From a virus (Duplodnaviria; Heunggongvirae; Uroviricota; Caudoviricetes): a stretch of 14,165 nucleotides of DNA. The position numbers and the translations under genes were made by a program. The stretch's first letter is position 1. Each line of letters begins with the position of its first letter. This document shows positions 1 through 6,881 of the stretch, in pieces. Where the stretch lies: positions 1 through 14,165 of IMG/VR virus record IMGVR_UViG_2551306525_000004; one strand, given 5' to 3'. The notes under the pieces are model-generated. The model worked only from the letters and a program-made list of their open reading frames with translations. It was not told the origin of the DNA and did not search any database.

Positions 1-138
1 TTTGTGTTGCCTTTGTGCAGAAAGCATCACGACGAGCTGCATGCGGATACCGTGGCATTTGAAGAGAAGTATGGCTCCCAGCTGGAGCTGATATTTCGTT
101 TTATCGATCGTGCGCTGGCAATTGGCGTGCTGGCCTGA
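1..138 (+). CDS. 3' end of an unidentified phage gene (partial, runs off the window start)
   Basis: Open frame from position 1 to TGA at 136-138 (...EEKYGSQLELIFRFIDRALAIGVLA*), immediately upstream of Q in the nin-region position. No family recognised. Confidence 0.4.
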   Translation, partial: FVLPLCRKHHDELHADTVAFEEKYGSQLELIFRFIDRALAIGVLA

Positions 139-155
139 TTTTGTGGAGAAAGTTG

Positions 156-533
156 ATGCGTGATATTCAAATGGTTCTGGATCGTTGGGGAGCATGGGCG
201 GCGAGTGATAGTTCAGGAGTAGACTATTCTCCTATAGCTGCTGGGTTTAAAGGGCTTCTTCCCTATACAAGCAAAACACGTCAGGCATGTTCAGATAGTG
301 ATGCATTAATTATTGAAGGTTGTCTTGCTCGTCTAAGGCAAAAAAGGCCGGACGAACATTCGCTTCTTGTTGCCCATTACCTATACGGTATCTCTAAAAG
401 AAAGCTCGCCAAGGCTCGTAAAAAGGATGAGAAACTAATACGCATTGAGATACAGATGGCTGAGGGGTTTATTGATGGCTGCCTATCGATGCTGGAAATT
501 AGTCTAGAGATGGACCCCGAAATTAAAGATTGA
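156..533 (+). CDS. Q: Late-gene antiterminator Q (short QuuD-like Q family)
   Basis: ATG at 156 preceded by GGAG (145-148); frame is open from TTG 141. Product MRDIQMVLDRWGAWAA... resembles the ~125-130-aa Q antiterminators of E. coli lambdoid prophages as I recall them, and it sits upstream of the lysis module. Confidence 0.8.
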   Translation: MRDIQMVLDRWGAWAASDSSGVDYSPIAAGFKGLLPYTSKTRQACSDSDALIIEGCLARLRQKRPDEHSLLVAHYLYGISKRKLAKARKKDEKLIRIEIQMAEGFIDGCLSMLEISLEMDPEIKD

Positions 534-539
534 TTATTG

Positions 540-564
540 AAGCCCGATTACTCGGGCTTTTGTT
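540..564 (+). terminator. Intrinsic terminator-like hairpin between convergent Q and the antisense gene
   Basis: Stem aagcccg (540-546) / cgggctt (553-559), loop attact, followed by T-rich tract. The stop codon of the minus-strand gene (548-550) lies inside the hairpin. Confidence 0.5.
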
Positions 565-1567
565 CCACATCTCGAACATAGAGAATTACTGCTGACTTAA
601 TGTCACCATCGACGTGTTTTGCGTTAATGCTCAAATGTACAGGCTTTCTTTCCCACTCAGCTCGCTGCAATGCTTCTTTGTTTCCGGATTCATCAAGGAA
701 AACATCCTGAACTACGCAGGTTAGACGTTGGTCGGTATCTACGCGTCGGACCTTAACTTTGAAACTCTCTGGGTCAGTATTATTGACTTCTTCAATTCGG
801 TAAATACCATCAATCCTCATTTCTGATGAACGTCTACGAGCATTCGTAACCAACTCTTTCGCCATTTCAGAATCAATAGTAACGCCATCAATTTGAGCGT
901 TATCTGAACGCACAAAGGATTTGACCATTTGGGTTTTAGCGTCATACGACATACGGTCCATGTTATCGAGAAGTGGTTTTTCCGCAATCATTTCTGAAAT
1001 AACCCGCAGGCGTTTAGTTTCTTGCTCGCTCATGATCTGCATAGTCCGGAGATGTTCTTTCTCTCCATCCTTAGCAATTTCTGCAAGGCGAATATCTTTA
1101 CGGTTGTCCAAGAACCGTTTAAATACTGTTACTCCGCCCCAGATGACTGCTGCGCCGAGAACAGTAAACATGATCTCAGTTGCGTTCATTTTACCAACAA
1201 GTTCCTGTGTGAGTTTGGTTAAAAAGCCATCAATGTTGATTTCTACTATTGAAGAACCCTGTTCTACCGTAACTTCTATTTCTAGGGCATCAAGTTCTTC
1301 TTTGGTCAGTTTGCGGACGTCAGGGACACCGTACTTGGCAAGGGCATATGATTTGTTGATTTGAGCTTGCATTTCAACAAATCCCTTCATAACTGAAGGT
1401 GTTAGCGATCTGTTGAATTTTTCACCGGTTAATCTGATGGTAAGGTTTGGCCATCCGTTGAAACTTAAACTGTCAGGTAAACCATAACCATCAAGATAGC
1501 TTTCAAGCAAATCGAAGGCTTGCTGCTCAGATTCAATGTCTACATGAATCTCATCAAACTTATCCAA
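548..1567 (-). CDS. Hypothetical membrane-anchored protein, 339 aa, unknown function (moron; candidate exclusion/defence factor)
   Basis: Long ORF with TTG start at 1567 preceded by GAGGA at 7-nt spacing. One central hydrophobic helix (EIMFTVLGAAVIWGGVTVF) followed by a K/R-rich stretch. AT-rich by eye and antisense to all flanking phage genes. Confidence 0.75.
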   Translation of the reverse strand: MDKFDEIHVDIESEQQAFDLLESYLDGYGLPDSLSFNGWPNLTIRLTGEKFNRSLTPSVMKGFVEMQAQINKSYALAKYGVPDVRKLTKEELDALEIEVTVEQGSSIVEINIDGFLTKLTQELVGKMNATEIMFTVLGAAVIWGGVTVFKRFLDNRKDIRLAEIAKDGEKEHLRTMQIMSEQETKRLRVISEMIAEKPLLDNMDRMSYDAKTQMVKSFVRSDNAQIDGVTIDSEMAKELVTNARRRSSEMRIDGIYRIEEVNNTDPESFKVKVRRVDTDQRLTCVVQDVFLDESGNKEALQRAEWERKPVHLSINAKHVDGDIKSAVILYVRDVEQKPE

Positions 1568-1862
1568 AAATATGTCCTCATTCTAAGCCAACTGTCACCG
1601 TGAGGTTTGGCAACGCCTGCTTTATTTTTCGTTTTAAGCTGTGTGGCAAAAAAATAATGGAAAAACAGATAAAAATCACTAACGCGGTCCGCATTTTCTA
1701 GATTACTGTGTTAAGAGTGGTTACTTCGCCACACAACTTAAACCCGCCGCTGAGCGGTTTTTTTGTACCTGTAAACTTGGTGCAGCACAGTAAACACGCT
1801 GGTGGTCGTGAATACTGACTTTTTATCTTGCTGGCTTTTTAGACAAGAGTTATTGGTATGTC
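1568..1862. promoter_or_regulatory. Divergent intergenic control region between the antisense gene and the HTH-ORF/methylase unit
   Basis: About 300 bp of AT-rich non-coding DNA between divergently oriented genes. Contains a weak hairpin followed by T7 (about 1747-1766). No confident -35/-10 assignment. Confidence 0.3.
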
Positions 1863-1886
1863 ATGTTAACCAGAAGGGAAAAAGAC

Positions 1887-2090
1887 ATGCTAAAACAGCA
1901 AGATATGACAGAAACCGCCGCCGCAGTCCTTCATTTCTTACCTGCTGACAAGTGGGTAACGCCACGCATGATGACGAGAACTACCGGAGTAAGCGAAGCC
2001 CGGTGCCAGTTAATACTGACTCAGTTAGTTCTGGCGGGTCTGGCGAAGGATAACGGCGGGTACGGGAATAAATTCAGACGCTGCCAGTAA
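1887..2090 (+). CDS. Small hypothetical protein, possibly HTH/winged-helix-like
   Basis: ORF is open from ATG 1863, but ATG 1887 has a better SD (AAGGGA, 7-nt spacing). About 68 aa; the segment TPRMMTRTTGVSEARCQLILTQL looks HTH-like. Lies directly upstream of the methylase. Confidence 0.45.
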   Translation: MLKQQDMTETAAAVLHFLPADKWVTPRMMTRTTGVSEARCQLILTQLVLAGLAKDNGGYGNKFRRCQ

Positions 2091-2209
2091 TGGCGGTTTC
2101 CTGCTGTGAAAATGGGCGGCTGGTGGGTGTTGGTAGCACCTGCCAGCCATTCGCTCATGCTTACTGGTCACAAGCGAACCACGGCCCACTGCTTTAGCGC
2201 AAAAGCAGA

Positions 2210-3301
2210 GTGAGCCTACCAGAGTTACGCTTACTGATCCATGAAAATACTGTAAAAATAAACAGTGTTGATTTAATCAACGCTGATTGCCTGCATTTTA
2301 TTCAGTCCCTGCCTGATAACTCCATTGATCTGATTGTTACCGATCCGCCGTACTTCAAAGTGAAGCCCAACGGCTGGGACAATCAGTGGAAAGGGGACGA
2401 AGATTACCTGAAGTGGCTGGACCACTGTCTGGCCCAGTTCTGGCGGGTACTGAAACCAGCCGGAAGCCTTTACCTGTTCTGTGGGCATCGCCTGGCATCT
2501 GATATTGAGATCATGATGCGTGAACGTTTCAACGTGCTTAACCATATCATCTGGGCGAAGCCGTCCGGACGTTGGAATGGGTGTAATAAAGAAAGTCTGC
2601 GCGCATATTTTCCTGCCACAGAGCGCGTTCTGTTTGCTGAACATTACCAGGGGCCATATCGCGGCAAAAGTGACGGCTATGCGGCAAAAGAAAGGGAACT
2701 CAAACAGCACATAATGGCACCGCTGATATCGTATTTCAGGGATGCTCGTGCCGAACTGGGTATAACGGCAAAACAAATTGCCGAAGCCACAGGTAAGAAA
2801 AATATGGTTTCCCACTGGTTTGGTGCCAGTCAGTGGCAGTTGCCGAATGAGGCTGACTACCGGAAGTTACAGGCACTGTTTTCCCGTATAGCGGCAGAGA
2901 AGTTTCAGGAACAACAACTGGAACAACCACACCACCAGTTGGTGGCATCTTATGATTCACTGAATCGCAAATATTCTGAATTGCTGGATGAGTTTAAATC
3001 TCTCCGGCGCTATTTCTCCGTATCAGTCTCCGTGCCTTATACCGATGTCTGGATGCATAAACCCGTTCAGTTCTACCCGGGTAAACATCCGTGTGAGAAA
3101 CCGGCGGATATGCTCAGGCAAATAATCAATGCCAGTAGTCGACCCGGCGATCTGGTTGCTGATTTCTTTATGGGATCCGGTTCCACAATAAAAGCAGCAA
3201 TGGCGCTGGGGCGTCGGGCGTTAGGTGTTGAGCTTGAGACAGAGCGGTTTAATCAGACCATCCAGGAAATCAGTATGTTATCAGCAAATACAATTTTGTG
3301 A
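2210..3301 (+). CDS. Site-specific DNA adenine methyltransferase, beta-class (CcrM/HinfI/YhdJ-like)
   Basis: Motif IV DPPY near the N-terminus (IVTDPPYF) and motif I FxGxG near the C-terminus (DFFMGSGST), preceded by HPCEKP, typical of beta-class N6A methyltransferases. GTG start at 2210. A central insert contains an HTH-like stretch (ELGITAKQIAEATG). Confidence 0.85.
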   Translation: MSLPELRLLIHENTVKINSVDLINADCLHFIQSLPDNSIDLIVTDPPYFKVKPNGWDNQWKGDEDYLKWLDHCLAQFWRVLKPAGSLYLFCGHRLASDIEIMMRERFNVLNHIIWAKPSGRWNGCNKESLRAYFPATERVLFAEHYQGPYRGKSDGYAAKERELKQHIMAPLISYFRDARAELGITAKQIAEATGKKNMVSHWFGASQWQLPNEADYRKLQALFSRIAAEKFQEQQLEQPHHQLVASYDSLNRKYSELLDEFKSLRRYFSVSVSVPYTDVWMHKPVQFYPGKHPCEKPADMLRQIINASSRPGDLVADFFMGSGSTIKAAMALGRRALGVELETERFNQTIQEISMLSANTIL

Positions 3302-3310
3302 ATTAATTCA

Positions 3311-3346
3311 ATTATTGGTGGGATGTCTGTGCCGTATAATGATTAC
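3311..3346 (+). promoter_or_regulatory. Candidate sigma70 promoter (possible late promoter pR'-like)
   Basis: Perfect -10 hexamer TATAAT at 3335-3340 with a weak -35 (ttattg, 3312-3317). Downstream initial region has repeated -10-like TACAGA/TACAGT (3344-3355), which could act as a sigma-dependent pause element. Confidence 0.25.
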
Positions 3347-3544
3347 AGATACAGTGTATCCTGCAATGCAGCAGGGCTGATGTGGTGGGTTGTACATAGC
3401 CTGCAAAGGATTGGCTTCATTAATTCATCGTTGATACAAGCGAGTCACGGTTGACCACGCCAACGGCTCATCGGTAAAAATCCGACACCGTGTCTTCTTA
3501 ACTCACTTATTGTTTCCACCCATGTTTTTGGATACCTGCTGTAG

Positions 3545-3582
3545 CTGTCAGATTAGCGCGATAATCTGACAGTCTTTTTTTT
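3545..3582 (+). terminator. Strong rho-independent terminator
   Basis: 11-bp perfect stem ctgtcagatta / taatctgacag with a 6-nt loop, followed by T8 (3575-3582). Confidence 0.65.
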
Positions 3583-3870
3583 ACAACGAATCCTTCTGAT
3601 CTGCTTTTGCGGGGCTTTTTGTATCCGCTCCATGCCCGGCGTATAAGCGGAGGTTGGTCAGTTTTCTAAAAATTGAAATACCTCACAATTCAGCCAGTTA
3701 ATGGTTGTTTGTCTGGCGAAGAGTTTGTAAATAAAAAAACGCATGGTGAATCCCCCTAAGCGGCGGGGCGAATCAGCAGTCAGTTCTGGGATAATCGCGG
3801 GTTCGTATGCTGATGCCGGACTCACCGGGAGGCACCCGGCACCATGCATCATGGTCATCCCCTTGTATGA

Positions 3871-3896
3871 TACCCCTCTCCGGAGGGGTATTTTTT
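3871..3896 (+). terminator. Strong rho-independent terminator
   Basis: 8-bp GC-rich stem tacccctc / gaggggta with loop tccg, followed by T6 (3891-3896). Confidence 0.6.
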
Positions 3897-4328
3897 GGAT
3901 AAAAAAGCCCGCGCTGGGAGGCACGGGCGGCAAGGAATAAAACGTGAAGAAATTTTCACAGGCGCATAATAATCCGATGTTGCCAGATTTTGCAACTGCA
4001 TCATCTGGTTATTATGTGAGCTGGAAAATCAGATTCTGTATGGACTGAAGCCATGCTGTTATTTAGGGCCAAAGAGCTGGCTTTTTCCCGCCTTCTCTCC
4101 AGTAACGATTAATGAGAAAAGAATGAAATGCTTTTCCTGGGGAGGAGGGCAGTAGAAAAAAGAACCCGCCAGCAAAAATATGGGGGATGAACAGCTTTTG
4201 CTACTCAGGTTGCTGGCGGGTATGGTTCTTCATGAAATAAGAATGTTACGCGGTATTTTTAATGAAAATGATAATTATTGTCAATTGGTTGTGCGTATTT
4301 TTTCATACATGACTGGTAAAGGTGATTC

Positions 4329-4360
4329 AGGCCATCAGAGTTTTGCTGATGGCCTTTTTT
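4329..4360 (+). terminator. Rho-independent terminator immediately upstream of the holin (tR'-like)
   Basis: 10-bp stem aggccatcag / ctgatggcct with a 7-nt loop, followed by T6. Ends 34 nt before the holin ATG. Confidence 0.6.
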
Positions 4361-4393
4361 CTTTCCGGTAGCACAGGTCTGTTGGGGCGGGAT

Positions 4394-4609
4394 ATGTATC
4401 AGATGGAAAAAATATCAACAGGCATTGCCTACGGCACCTCCGCAGGCAGTGCTGGCTACTGGTTTTTACAATGGCTTGATCAGGTTAGTCCGTCTCAGTG
4501 GGCTGCGATTGGTGTACTGGGAAGTCTGGTTCTGGGCTTTCTGACTTATCTGACGAATCTGTACTTCAAAATCAGAGAAGACAGAAGAAAGGCTGCGAGA
4601 GGAGAGTAA
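4394..4609 (+). CDS. S: Class II holin (phage 21 S-like pinholin) with dual-start motif
   Basis: 71 aa beginning [31 protein letters not shown]..., recalled as matching S21 (SAR-type TMD1 plus TMD2). Met1/Met4 dual start is typical of holin/antiholin pairs. The upstream in-frame extension to 4322 was not used because it would span the terminator. Confidence 0.85.
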   Translation: MYQMEKISTGIAYGTSAGSAGYWFLQWLDQVSPSQWAAIGVLGSLVLGFLTYLTNLYFKIREDRRKAARGE

Positions 4610-4613
4610 TATA

Positions 4614-4958
4614 ATGGTCCAAAACTATGAAATGATTGTGAAAGGGATCCGCAATTTTGAGAATAAAGTTACGGTAACTTTAGCATTACAGGACAAAGAA
4701 CGCTTTGACGGTGAAATTTTTGACCTGGACATCTCGCTGGACCGTGTTGAAGGTGCCGCGCTGGAGTTTTATGAGGCAGCAGCCAGAAGGAGCATCAGAC
4801 AGGTCTTCCTGGATGTTGCTGCCGGGTTATGTGGAGGGGATGAGCAGTCGCCGGAAAAGCGCCCCATAATTTTAGAGGCGCAGAGTGTGTGGATAACCTA
4901 CAAAGGAAAACTGCCGGGAAGAATTACTGGTTCACTGAAGACTCCGCCGAAATGGTAA
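4614..4958 (+). CDS. Hypothetical protein inserted between holin and endolysin (DUF1327/YdfR-like by position)
   Basis: ATG 4614 with SD GGAGAG at 7-nt spacing, 114 aa. It occupies the holin-endolysin slot that ydfR occupies in the Qin prophage as I recall; the family assignment is not verified. Confidence 0.55.
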   Translation: MVQNYEMIVKGIRNFENKVTVTLALQDKERFDGEIFDLDISLDRVEGAALEFYEAAARRSIRQVFLDVAAGLCGGDEQSPEKRPIILEAQSVWITYKGKLPGRITGSLKTPPKW

Positions 4959-5196
4959 TTTCACCAGCATATTTTTCCTCCAGTAATACCGCCAGCCACT
5001 TGAAAGAATTTTGTTGTTGCTGGGACCATTTGGGATTGATTGATTCAAGCTGGAGCGATGCCAGTGTTGGTTGCATTTGTTCCTTGGGAATTGAGAATGC
5101 CAGATATGAAAATGCGACAGTAAGGGCATTTACATCATCCCGAAGCCTGGAAATGCAGTCGAGCAACTCCTGTAGAGAAATGGTGCTATTGTCCAT
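4924..5196 (-). CDS. Hypothetical small protein (~90 aa), antisense within the lysis cassette
   Basis: ATG at 5196 (minus) preceded by AGAGAGGA at about 6-nt spacing; the frame extends to TTG 5202. Product looks helical and non-repetitive. The 3' end overlaps the convergent 4614-4958 gene by about 35 nt. AT-rich. Confidence 0.45.
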   Translation of the reverse strand: MDNSTISLQELLDCISRLRDDVNALTVAFSYLAFSIPKEQMQPTLASLQLESINPKWSQQQQNSFKWLAVLLEEKYAGEITISAESSVNQ

Positions 5197-5301
5197 AAAC
5201 AATCCTCTCTATTGTATTTAACTATTCCTTGCCTGATTCAACAGGCCGGGACAGATAAACATATCCAGGGTTCAGAAACCGATAAATCCTGATAAATATC
5301 C

Positions 5302-5835
5302 ATGAACGCAAAAATCAGATACGGCCTGTCGGCTGCCGTTCTGGCACTGATTGCCGTCGGTGCGCCTGCGCCTGATATTCTCGACCAGTTTCTGGATGAA
5401 AAAGAAGGTAACCACACAACGGCATACCGCGATGGTTCCGGCATCTGGACCATCTGTCGGGGTGCCACGGTGGTGGATGGAAAACCCGTTGTTCCCGGTA
5501 TGAAACTGTCGAAGGAAAAATGCGACCAGGTTAACGCCATTGAACGGGATAAGGCGCTGGCATGGGTGGAGCGCAATATTAAAGTGCCACTGACCGAACC
5601 ACAGAAAGCGGGTATCGCGTCATTTTGTCCCTATAACATTGGCCCCGGTAAGTGTTTCCCGTCGACGTTTTATAAGCGGCTGAATGCCGGTGATCGTAAA
5701 GGTGCATGCGAGGCGATTCGCTGGTGGATAAAAGATGGTGGGCGCGATTGCCGCATACGTTCAAATAACTGCTATGGACAGGTTATTCGTCGTGACCAGG
5801 AAAGCGCATTAGCCTGTTGGGGGATAGATCAGTGA
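5302..5835 (+). CDS. R: SAR endolysin (phage lysozyme, T4L/R21-like)
   Basis: N-terminal Ala/Gly-rich SAR segment ([16 protein letters not shown]). Catalytic triad spacing E-x8-D-x5-T in [16 protein letters not shown]. 177 aa, followed by Rz. Confidence 0.85.
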   Translation: MNAKIRYGLSAAVLALIAVGAPAPDILDQFLDEKEGNHTTAYRDGSGIWTICRGATVVDGKPVVPGMKLSKEKCDQVNAIERDKALAWVERNIKVPLTEPQKAGIASFCPYNIGPGKCFPSTFYKRLNAGDRKGACEAIRWWIKDGGRDCRIRSNNCYGQVIRRDQESALACWGIDQ

Positions 5836-6293
5836 GCAGAGTCGCCGCGATTATTTATGCTCTGGTTATCTGCATCATCGTCTGCCTGTCATGGGCTGTT
5901 AATCATTACCGTGATAACGCAATCGCCTACAAAGCCCTGCGCGACAAAAATGCCAGAGAACTGAAGCTGGCGAACGCGGCAATTACTGACATGCAGATGC
6001 GTCAGCGTGATGTTGCTGCGCTCGATGCAAAATACACGAAGGAGTTAGCTGATGCGAAAGCTGAAAATGATGCTCTGCGTGATGATGTTGCCGCTGGTCG
6101 TCGTCGGTTGCACATCAAAGCAGTCTGTCAGTCAGTGCGTGAAGCCACCACCGCCTCCGGCGTGGATAATGCAGCCTCCCCCCGACTGGCAGACACCGCT
6201 GAACGGGATTATTTCACCCTCAGAGAGAGGCTGATCACTATGCAAAAACAACTGGAAGGAACCCAGAAGTATATTAATGAGCAGTGCAGATAG
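5832..6293 (+). CDS. Rz: Spanin inner-membrane subunit Rz
   Basis: GTG 5832 overlaps the endolysin stop (GTGA). Product ...[30 protein letters not shown]... matches lambda Rz closely as I recall it. Confidence 0.85.
   Translation: MSRVAAIIYALVICIIVCLSWAVNHYRDNAIAYKALRDKNARELKLANAAITDMQMRQRDVAALDAKYTKELADAKAENDALRDDVAAGRRRLHIKAVCQSVREATTASGVDNAASPRLADTAERDYFTLRERLITMQKQLEGTQKYINEQCR
6052..6234 (+). CDS. Rz1: Spanin outer-membrane lipoprotein subunit Rz1 (embedded in Rz, +1 frame)
   Basis: 60 aa with lipobox LVVVGC and a proline-rich mature part ([15 protein letters not shown]), wholly inside Rz in another frame. Confidence 0.8.
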   Translation: MRKLKMMLCVMMLPLVVVGCTSKQSVSQCVKPPPPPAWIMQPPPDWQTPLNGIISPSERG

Positions 6294-6324
6294 AGTTGCT
6301 CATATCGATGGGCAACTCATGCAA

Positions 6325-6618
6325 TTATTTTGAGCAATACACCCGCGCTTCCAGCGGAGTATAAATGCCAAAAGTGATGAAACCGAGCAATCCATTTACG
6401 AATGTTTGCTGGGTTTCTGTTTTAACCACATTTTCTGCACCACCACAAATTTTTGCTGCATCGACAGTTTTCTTCTGCCCAATTCCCGAAACGAAGAAAT
6501 GATGGGTGATGGTTTCCTTTGGTGTTACTGCTGTCGGTTTGTTTCCAACAGTAAACGTCTGTTGAGCACATCCTGTAATAAGCATTGCCAGAGCGGCAGA
6601 AAACAACATTTTTTTCAT
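6325..6618 (-). CDS. bor: Bor lipoprotein (serum-resistance/envelope lipoprotein)
   Basis: ATG at 6618 (minus) with AGGA SD. Product MKKMLFSAALAMLITGCAQQTFTV... with lipobox, close to lambda Bor as I recall it. Convergent with Rz/Rz1. Confidence 0.85.
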   Translation of the reverse strand: MKKMLFSAALAMLITGCAQQTFTVGNKPTAVTPKETITHHFFVSGIGQKKTVDAAKICGGAENVVKTETQQTFVNGLLGFITFGIYTPLEARVYCSK

Positions 6619-6816
6619 CTTATTATCCTGCATTGTTAAAAACGGCAGAATCCTATGTGACAACAATTAAACGATAGTTAAATGGATTGATGAAAATTAA
6701 AACTACACAGGTGAGCTCAGACGATTGGAGGGAGTTGGGGACACTCAGAATCCTGTAGAATGAAATAAACCGGTCTATCCGTCCATTACCCTTTTAGCTG
6801 CGCTGTATCGTCGCCG

Positions 6817-6881
6817 TATTCCCGCATTAACCATGACCGTAGCCCGACGGGGAATTCCTTCTGCGTGAGTGTGCGGGAATA
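6817..6881. repeat. 10-bp perfect inverted repeat flanking a 45-nt spacer in the bor-upstream non-coding region
   Basis: tattcccgca (6817-6826) and tgcgggaata (6872-6881) are exact reverse complements. Confidence 0.5.

Noticed and set aside
921-1364. ORFs 921-1364 (+) and 1022-1222 (+), antisense to the 339-aa gene
   Set aside because: They lie wholly inside the longer minus-strand ORF, have no SD, and their Ser/Cys-rich products look like shadow frames.
2273-2960. ORFs 2273-2815 (-), 2520-2714 (+) and 2736-2960 (-) inside the methyltransferase gene
   Set aside because: They are shadow frames of a gene with clear methyltransferase motifs, with low-complexity products and no start context.
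548-3301. Reading the antisense 339-aa gene plus the methyltransferase as a classical type II restriction-modification pair
   Set aside because: The 339-aa protein has a transmembrane-like helix and no clear PD-(D/E)xK or HNH nuclease motif that I can see. Coupling is kept only as a low-weight hypothesis.
3658-3940. ORFs 3658-3933 (-) and 3743-3940 (+) in the late-control region
   Set aside because: They overlap the 3871-3896 terminator hairpin, lack an SD, and have Gly/Pro/Arg-rich products typical of GC-rich non-coding structure. The region is better explained as regulatory RNA or DNA.
4180-4393. ORF 4180-4371 (+) and the in-frame upstream extension of the holin from 4322
   Set aside because: Both span the strong terminator at 4329-4360. 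The holin family is about 70 aa and the MYQMEK dual-start motif begins at 4394.
3302-4393. Possible tRNA genes between the methylase and the holin (tRNAs occur at this position in Stx phages)
   Set aside because: I found no T-arm consensus (GGTTCGAATCC-like) and no cloverleaf-compatible segments by eye; tRNAscan-SE or ARAGORN would settle it.
4889-5221. ORF 4889-5221 (+) and ORF 4932-5129 (-)
   Set aside because: The + frame product is Ser/Cys-rich with no start context. The - frame is a shadow of the better-supported 4924-5196 frame on the same strand.
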